From the NCBI GenBank assembly GCA_042218325.1, contig JBDGRE010000022.1:1-24205 (forward strand): a DNA stretch of 24,205 nucleotides. The letters run 5' to 3'. The notes below the pieces were generated by a model, which made no database searches, was not told the DNA's origin, and was given only the letters and a program-made list of their open reading frames with translations. This stretch comes from Candidatus Nanohaloarchaea archaeon (lineage in GTDB: Archaea; Nanohalarchaeota; Nanosalinia; Nanosalinales; Nanosalinaceae). Positions 8,199 to 15,200 of the stretch are shown here, one piece after another (the stretch's first letter is position 1; the number at the start of each line of letters is the position of its first letter). A program made the position numbers and the translations under genes.

Positions 8199-9323
8199 CT
8201 ATACTTCCGCGACCTCGTTCCTCGTCACAAGATGTACATCGGAGGAAGTCGCCCGGCCGGAGCGGTCCATACCCGCTATGTAGTCTGCATCGAGTTCCTC
8301 CGCCTTGCGGACACGTTCCTGGTCTATCTCGCCGTCGATAAGTATCGCGTGGCAGCCATCTTCGACATCGTCCAGCCGGTCAACAGGCACTTTCTGCGAT
8401 ATCTCAAGCTCGTCGTCGACCACGTGTACGGCGCGGGTGCCGACCAGCTCACCGAGAAGTTCGCGGATCTCCTCTACCCGTTCCTCATCGATTTCCAGCT
8501 CGGCGTCCCCTGCTTCAGCTCTTTCCGGGGACTTCTTGTCTCTCAGGGCCCTGAATATCTGCTTCTTTTCGAGATCCTCGACCTCCGTGTCCTCCGGGGC
8601 TCTCGCGACGTGGTCCACATCAGCCTTCTGCTTCAGTTCCTCGAGTATCAGGTCTCCTCCCCTGTCGCCGTCGAGGAAGGCAGTGACCTCTCTGCCGGAG
8701 GTCAGATTCGCTATCCTGGAGGGCACGTCCGTACCTCCTATAGCGACAGCGTTCTTGACCCCGTTCTTCAGGAGTTCGACGAGGTCGGCCCTGCCTTCAA
8801 CGAGGACTATCTCCTCCGAGTTACGGGCTTCAGGCCCGGCCTCGAAGCCCTCGAACTCCGATATCTCGGCCGCCCTGACCTCCTGCTTGACCTCTTCGTT
8901 TATCTTGCCGCGGCTCGGCGTATCGTCGTTCAAATCCTCGAGCAGCTGCTTGGCCCGTTTGACGATGTAGTCGCGCTTAGAGACTCTTTCATCCCTTATC
9001 TCGTTGACCTGTATGTCCGCGTTCGTCGGTCCCACGCGCTCTATGGTCTCAAGCGACGCTGCAATGAGCGATGTGTCGGCCGCGTCCAGCGAAGAAGGTA
9101 TGGTTATCGTCGCACTGGAGGAGCCGCCGGACTTGTCGACCTCGACCTGTATACGCCCGATGCGACCGCGCTCCTGGAGCTCGCGGAGGTCCAGGTCGTC
9201 GCCGAGGAGACCCTCCGTCTGGCCGAAGATAGCGCCGACGATATCCGGTTTCTCCACGAGCCCAGAGGATTCCAGTTCGGCCTCTATCACGTACTTCGCC
9301 GAACTCTGTGCGACCTTACTCAT
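8199..9323 (-). CDS. dnaG: Archaeal DnaG-type primase (TOPRIM; exosome-associated in characterised archaea)
   Basis: 'VEKPDIVGAIFGQTEGLLG', 'LDLRELQ', 'ASLETIERVGP', TOPRIM motifs 'VEGRAD' and 'FLDGDRGG'. Confidence 0.95.
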   Translation of the reverse strand: MSKVAQSSAKYVIEAELESSGLVEKPDIVGAIFGQTEGLLGDDLDLRELQERGRIGRIQVEVDKSGGSSSATITIPSSLDAADTSLIAASLETIERVGPTNADIQVNEIRDERVSKRDYIVKRAKQLLEDLNDDTPSRGKINEEVKQEVRAAEISEFEGFEAGPEARNSEEIVLVEGRADLVELLKNGVKNAVAIGGTDVPSRIANLTSGREVTAFLDGDRGGDLILEELKQKADVDHVARAPEDTEVEDLEKKQIFRALRDKKSPERAEAGDAELEIDEERVEEIRELLGELVGTRAVHVVDDELEISQKVPVDRLDDVEDGCHAILIDGEIDQERVRKAEELDADYIAGMDRSGRATSSDVHLVTRNEVAEV

Positions 9324-9564
9324 GTTTTTCAAGCCTCTCCATAATCTCATCCTCCGGCATATCTACTCGGATCTTCTTCCTGCGGGAGTGGTGACCGGAG
9401 ACGATACCTGGTTTTTCTCCGAGTATCTCCTCCAGCCGCCGGACCAGCTCCGCGTTGGCCCTGCCGTTCTCCGCCTCGTTCTCAAGGCGGAACGTCGGGA
9501 AATCCTTGAACTCTACCTCGAATCCTTCCTGTCCCGGCTCCACCCTGACGTAGATCTCTGTCAT
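9316..9564 (-). CDS. DUF167 (YggU/UPF0235) family protein
   Basis: 'YVRVEPG', 'AENGRANAELVRRL', 'IVSGHHSRRKKI'. Confidence 0.88.
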   Translation of the reverse strand: MTEIYVRVEPGQEGFEVEFKDFPTFRLENEAENGRANAELVRRLEEILGEKPGIVSGHHSRRKKIRVDMPEDEIMERLEKHE

Positions 9565-9570
9565 CTATCA

Positions 9571-9657
9571 TGATTTTGCTGCCCCGTAACATAGCCATTC
9601 ATCGCCTCTACCGTCTCCGGGAGGATTCTCGTGGCTACTGACCGCAGGACAGCACTA
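9571..9657 (-). ncRNA. Candidate single-hairpin H/ACA guide sRNA
   Basis: Lower stem UGCUGUCCU/GGGGCAGCA, pocket GCGGUCA/GUUAC, upper stem GUAGCCA/UGGCUAU, K-turn-like CGAGA/GAUGA, apical CCG-GAGA-CGG. ANA box (AAA) lies 14 nt from the top of the pocket. BRE/TATA-like AGAAACATAAG at 9690-9680. Confidence 0.7.
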
Positions 9658-9695
9658 TCCAAGAACAGGGGGTGCAAGTCTTATGTTTCTACCGG

Positions 9696-9876
9696 GAAAC
9701 TTCTGGAAGTTTCATCACCATAGCACGTTCAGCTGCGCTGAACGCACTTCAAGAGCAGATAAATCTAAACTTTGTGCCTTCCAGCAGGAAGGCTCCCTGT
9801 TGATGAAACTGACATCAGTTCGAAACCGAAGGGCGGTTTCTGTACTCCCGGAAACTCTTCGAGTTTCGAGAGTTTC
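9696..9876. repeat. Cluster of GAAAC...GTTTC palindromic hairpin units
   Basis: GAAACTTC-TG-GAAGTTTC (9696-9713), GAAACTGACATCAGTTC (9805-9821), GAAACCG-AAGGG-CGGTTTC (9822-9840), GAAACTC-TTC-GAGTTTC (9851-9867), plus an extra GAGAGTTTC (9868-9876). Confidence 0.7.
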
Positions 9877-10531
9877 ACTGGAAAAAGATGCCTTCTTCCG
9901 GAGCGGGCTTGAACTCGGCCTGCCGGGTCTTGGTCTGGATAGGTTCCTCGCCGTGGTACTTGCGGACGTACTGGTAGTACTCCCGCGCTTTCTCTATGGC
10001 GAACTCGCCGTCCCGCTCTATCATCTCCTCGCCGATGTAGTTGATGAAGGCCCACCGGAAGAACTTGTTAAGCGGTTTGGCTATGATCCGGGGCAGGAAG
10101 TCGACCCCGTTCGGCATGTCGTACTTTATCTTCGTCGATACGAGGTACTCCACCATCCCGAAGTCGTTCTCGCCCGAAGGAGCGGTCTTGGTCCATATGT
10201 CCGTTACGATCCTCAGTCTTCCGCGGCCGCTCGGCAGGTCCGTGTCGGCGTACATCGTGGACTTGAACGCATTGGTGTCGATGTTCTGCTGGTAGTACGT
10301 CTCCTCCGGCCGCGTCATCCCCATGTTCTGTTTCATGATGTACTTGTGGTCCTCGTATATCGATGGCAGGTTGGGGGATTCGTACCAGTCGGTCCGGTTC
10401 TGTATCTGTATCCATTCGCCGTTGAAAAGGTGGAAGTCACTCCAGATATTGTCCTCGTGGTTCTTCCCTGGACTCGGTGTCTCGAACCAGTACATCAACC
10501 TGTCCATGAAGGACTTCTCATCGTGGCTCAA
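9875..10531 (-). CDS. Hypothetical protein, paralog 3 of tandem triad
   Basis: TTG start 7 nt after GAGGTGA (10545-10539). Shares architecture with the two upstream ORFs. Confidence 0.8.
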   Translation of the reverse strand: MSHDEKSFMDRLMYWFETPSPGKNHEDNIWSDFHLFNGEWIQIQNRTDWYESPNLPSIYEDHKYIMKQNMGMTRPEETYYQQNIDTNAFKSTMYADTDLPSGRGRLRIVTDIWTKTAPSGENDFGMVEYLVSTKIKYDMPNGVDFLPRIIAKPLNKFFRWAFINYIGEEMIERDGEFAIEKAREYYQYVRKYHGEEPIQTKTRQAEFKPAPEEGIFFQ

Positions 10532-10561
10532 GCTCTGATCACCTCACGGCTTCTCATGTGT

Positions 10562-11197
10562 TCACTTCCAGGGAGGCCTGTAATGGGAGGCGCCTGTCCT
10601 CCCGACAGCCTCTTCGACCCCGAATTTTTCGCGGAACAGGTTCATCATCCTTAGCATGCTTTCCTCGGCCTCCTCCTTGTATCTTTCTATCTCTTTTGAA
10701 TAAAACTTGTTGTACCATATACCGACCAGTATCCTGTAAAGCTTGGATCTCTGGAACCTCGTGACGTCCTCGGGCTCCGCCATGAGGCCCGGCCTGTCAC
10801 CGCCTACACGCTCTGTAGGCCACTCCGACTGCGGTCTCGGCTCCCAGGATATCGGTTCCCCGCCAGGGTACATCGTGAAGACGAGAGGTGTGACCTTGAC
10901 GCGGGCCTTCATGATATCGTCCGGCCTGTCATGCTTGTAGACATCGCGGGGTGGTTTCGCCTTCATGGATATGCTGTAGTATATCACCGTGTGCGGGCTT
11001 TTCTCCTTGTAGGCGTGGAGCCTGACGCGGTCCTTCGGCTTGCTGACGTTGAACTCCATCCTGCCCTCCTCGACACGGTCCATATCGAACTCCTCGACCA
11101 GCATCTCCCTCAGGCCGCGGTACAGCCTTGCGGGGTCCTCGTGGACGAACATGTGGTCGGCCTTCGCGGGTATGTCCGATTCTGTGAACATCACCAT
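10562..11197 (-). CDS. Hypothetical protein, paralog 2 of tandem triad
   Basis: 211-aa ORF with host-like codon usage, translationally coupled to the upstream ORF (TGATG). Confidence 0.8.
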   Translation of the reverse strand: MVMFTESDIPAKADHMFVHEDPARLYRGLREMLVEEFDMDRVEEGRMEFNVSKPKDRVRLHAYKEKSPHTVIYYSISMKAKPPRDVYKHDRPDDIMKARVKVTPLVFTMYPGGEPISWEPRPQSEWPTERVGGDRPGLMAEPEDVTRFQRSKLYRILVGIWYNKFYSKEIERYKEEAEESMLRMMNLFREKFGVEEAVGRTGASHYRPPWK

Positions 11198-11646
11198 CAG
11201 GCGTTCGCCTCCACGTTCTGCCTGATACGGTGGAGAAGCTCGTCCAGCTTTTCCTCGACCGCGGGCTCGTAGCCGTGCCTAACGTGACCGTAGAGGAACT
11301 TGTCGTACAGCGCCCTGTAGGCGTAGTACCAGAGCGTGTTCCGCCATCCCTCCATCGGGTAATGTGTGATAAGCTTGGACTTCACCTGGATATCAAGTTC
11401 GCGGGCCTGCCCGTCTATGGTTATGTATATCTCGTGTTCCTCCTTCGTCACGTTGTCGAAGGCCTCCATCGCGATGATCTTGGAACGGATACGTTTCTCC
11501 TCGACGTCGTTGAAGTACTTCTCCTCGGAGACGTGGTCGAAATGCATCCTCCGGTCCAGCAGGTCGCGGATCTCCGAGTAGGCCCTGTCCGGCTCGTCGA
11601 TCGCGTAGGTATTACGTCTCCTGTCGATTTCCTCGACTATATCCAT
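11197..11646 (-). CDS. Hypothetical protein, paralog 1 of tandem triad
   Basis: 149-aa acidic ORF with TATA-like TTTTTATC about 25 nt upstream. Confidence 0.8.
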   Translation of the reverse strand: MDIVEEIDRRRNTYAIDEPDRAYSEIRDLLDRRMHFDHVSEEKYFNDVEEKRIRSKIIAMEAFDNVTKEEHEIYITIDGQARELDIQVKSKLITHYPMEGWRNTLWYYAYRALYDKFLYGHVRHGYEPAVEEKLDELLHRIRQNVEANA

Positions 11647-11684
11647 GTGCTACAGTTGTACGCGGTGATAAAAAAGGGTTGACG

Positions 11685-12233
11685 TCAGCTGACGTCGAGG
11701 CTTTCACGGCACTCCTCGCACATCATCCTGCCGTTGACCTCTTTCAGGTCCTCGGAGTAGTTCTCGCAGTCCTCGCACACACCGCTACGTGTCTCCTCCC
11801 GCGGTTCAGCAGGCGCGTCGAGTTCCTCCTGCTCCTCCAGTATCTCCGCGAATCCGGGCCACGCCCTGAGGATGTCGGACTGCGTCACGATGCCGACAAG
11901 CATGTCGTTCCGGACGACCGGTACACGGGATATGTTGTTCCTTATCATCGCCATCGCGACGTCGTCAAGGAGCTCGTCCTCCTCCGCAACAATCAGGTCG
12001 GTACTCATGACCTCACCGATATCCACATCCTCTGGGTCTTCCCCGGCGGATACGAGCTGGTAGACGATGTCACGGCAGACGACGATACCGATGGCCTCGC
12101 CTTCCTCCACAACCACGAGGCCGCGGATGCCCTCTTCCTTCAGCATCCTGGCTGCTTCCTTTACCGTACTATCTTTTTCTATGGCGATGACGCCGTCCGT
12201 CATGACCTCCCTGACTGTAACGTCGCTGTTCAT
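11685..12233 (-). CDS. CBS-pair domain protein with C-terminal Zn-ribbon
   Basis: 'VREVMT...EAARMLKEEGIRGLVVV...GIV', 'ISRVPVV...VGIVTQSDIL', and C-terminal CEDC-x15-CEEC. Confidence 0.9.
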   Translation of the reverse strand: MNSDVTVREVMTDGVIAIEKDSTVKEAARMLKEEGIRGLVVVEEGEAIGIVVCRDIVYQLVSAGEDPEDVDIGEVMSTDLIVAEEDELLDDVAMAMIRNNISRVPVVRNDMLVGIVTQSDILRAWPGFAEILEEQEELDAPAEPREETRSGVCEDCENYSEDLKEVNGRMMCEECRESLDVS

Positions 12234-12273
12234 AATACCTTTCAAGAGGGACAGACACTAAATAACTTTATGG

Positions 12274-15200
12274 TCACGCAGTGAACTGTTTTATCCCGGT
12301 CTGCCGTTTATCCTTGCCGAACAGGCTCTGCAACGTATCCTTCAGGATGAGAATCTGCTGCCGCACGTACGGCGACACCTCGAAGTTCTCGATTATCTTC
12401 CTTGACGGCTCAAGATACTTCTTGATGGTGCCCTCGGAGATCGTCAGCAGGATCTTTCCGCCGCACTCCGGGCACTCCGCCGTCGTCTTCCCTGTCGGGG
12501 CGATGGTCTGCGCCGTCATCGGCACCCTCCGGTACTTGGTGTTGCAGTCGTTGCACCGCATCTCCTGCGAAGAGAAGCTGCGCAGGTTGCCCTTGATATC
12601 AGGTATGAAGTGCTTCTTCAGCAGGAGACCCGCGACATCGTCCTCGTCGACCGCCTTTATCCGCCTCCCGAGGCCCAGCTGCTGCTGGGTCTTCTCCGAC
12701 ATCTCGTCGAGCGTGACGTACTCGCTCTGGTTCGGCCCGTTCTCCACGCTCGAGGTTTCGTGGGTGTAGCCGTGCCGGAACGGCTCCTCGCTGTGGACGA
12801 TGTCCTCTCCTATCTCGATCTCCGTCTCCAGCTCCCAAGGATACCTGTAGTCGTATGTCTCCTCGTAGAAGCTGCGCGGGTACTCGTCCACGGTCTCGAT
12901 GGCCCAGGCCTCGTCATCCACCTCGTCCGGGTTCAGCACGGTCGAGAGGATGAGCGGCGCGTCCATCGTCCTGGCGCCGGTCATGTCCGGCAGGAACTGG
13001 CGGGAGAAGTTGAGAAGGCCGTCCATCAGCAGCAGTATCGCATCCTCGTCCCCATCGCAGTTCTGAGTTACTATATTGTCTTTAGTGACAAAATTATGCG
13101 TACCCTCCACCTCTATGTCGTACATGAATCGATCGTCAGATTTCTTAACTTCTATTTCCCTTATTTCCTCCTTTACCAGCTGGCCCTCTCTCTTCTCACG
13201 TGTCTGGCCTTCTATGCTGTAATCGTTTTCGAGCGTTTCCTGCTTTCTTTCCAAGGTGAAGCCTATCTCCTTTCCGAAGTTGACCGCGTGAGATGACCGG
13301 ATGTGCAGCTTGTTGGAGACAAAAGTTCTGCCTTGATAGTGCTCCTCACCGTACTTATCCACCAGTATACCTCCTGCTTCTCTCTCACTCTGGCTGTACC
13401 GAGCGTAGATCCCGAACCGCTTCAAAAGGAAATCGATATCGTCAAGCAGCTCTCTTGAAACACTGGTCGCCTGTACATGCAGTCGACCTTTCTCGACCGA
13501 TCCATCCCCTGCGAAGTAGGCTGAAAGCATCTCCGCAACTTTTTCCTCTGGAAGCCTCTTAACGAAGTCTGGAACCCTTTTTTCATGCGCCCCGGAACCT
13601 AATCCCAGCGATTCAAAGAGTTCGTAGACAAGTCGTGAGCTTATAACAAGAGTATGGTCCTGTTCACCTGGTTCTATGTCAAAGGTCTGGTGTATCGCGT
13701 CACGGATATCCTTCTTGAGTTCTTTTTCACCAAACGATAGGCAGACTTGGTAGAACTCTTTTCCTTCTTTTTCAGACTTCCGTGTGTAACCTTCTGCCAG
13801 GTAGAAGCCCAAGAGCCTCATGAAATCTGTATCTAACTCGATTTCTGTATCGAGTTCTACGGTATCCGCTTTGGCGGCTATCCCCGCTTCATCCGGTATT
13901 CCGTTATCCAGGGAACTTTTTTCCATAAGAGTTCTGTAGAGGTCAAGAGATATACTTCCTCTATACCGGTAGTTGCCTAGAGACTTTTTCGGAACCGACA
14001 GCTTGTTTGCAGCAGTCTTCAGGCCTCCCAGTTCGTCTATCGCCGAATCAACTTTTTCTTCAGCTCCTCGGACCATTATACGTCGGGAGCCTGAAAGCTG
14101 ATTAGCAAGATTCAGGGTATCCCTATCTTCCACTTCAACGTCTACCTCAAGAGGTGTGAATAGCTTATCTCCTTCTCCGAGTTCCCTTGCTCTTTTTACT
14201 CCTGAGGCGGTTTTCATCCTGTGATCAGGGAACACTTCGATTTTCCTGCCTGACCTGGTCTCAAATTCTATCTTATGGTCTTGGGCGGGGGTCTTAATCA
14301 CCTTGCTGGCTTTAGCAGTGGTGACTTCGGTCGTATCAACAGTTACAACTTGTCTATCAATCTCTTTCTCTATGGTTCCTGCCGAGTCAGCCTCCGCTTC
14401 GCCTTCAGCGCCATCAAAAAGCTCCCTTAGAGTGGAACAAGAGCCGTCAGCCATTTTTACTTCTGAATCACCGGGCATACAGTTCCGTCTTTTCCCGGCA
14501 TGCCAGTACGGGTGGGCGTAGATTCCCTTGGCGTCTGTGAAGCCTATGATGCGGCCGACCGTGCCCCCGGATGTGTGCGGCGCCAGGCCGATGACAAGCT
14601 CCCCGACGAGGTCCTCCTTCGATTCCACGTCGTAGTAAGGTTCAAGGCCGTAAAGCTTCTCCAGCGTCCCGTCCACGAATTTGGCGACATTGACGAGGTA
14701 GTCCGACGCCGGAAGTGTGTTCTCGGAGTCCGGTATGACTATGTCCTGCGGCTTCAGGGCGACGACCTGGTCGCTTCTCTCAAGAGGCTCTCCGTCGACG
14801 TCCTCCTCGTACCCCAGTTCTTGGAGCTTTTCCACCGGGACCGATATCTCTTCAGGCCGGAAATGAGTCATCGGGAGATCGGTGGCGTCGTATCTTACCG
14901 TGCCGTCCTTGTTGACATAAAGGCCGTATTTCTGCCTTATCAGGCCTTTCTCGATGGGTTCGACGTGCCGGTGCTCGCCTGACATGCCGCGCGGCGACTT
15001 CAGCAGCTCTGGGAGCCGCATGTCGACGTTCTCCATGGCCTCATCCAGCAGCTGCTTTACCTCGATATCGGTCTCGCGGTGCCTGTTGAAGTACTCGTTG
15101 CCGCAGCTCCCGCACTTTTCCTGTTCTTCGTCGAACTGCTTGCCGCAGTCGCTGCAGAACCAGACCTCTTCCGCTGGGACGTCACAGCTGACGCAGTAGG

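Noticed and set aside
8232-9344. Long antisense ORFs (also 9683-10654, 15079-16143, 16267-17208, 3308-4048)
   Set aside because: These are shadows of recognisable genes on the opposite strand, expected in GC-rich coding DNA, and carry no motifs.
9565-9875. SRP RNA, RNase P RNA or tRNA in the 310-nt gap
   Set aside because: I found no SRP helix-8 motif, no RNase P GAGGAAAGUCC-type conserved region and no cloverleaf/T-loop on either strand.
9696-9876. Mini CRISPR array (GAAAC/GTTTC ends resemble repeat termini)
   Set aside because: Units are 17-19 nt, differ internally, lack regular spacers, and no cas genes are present in the window.
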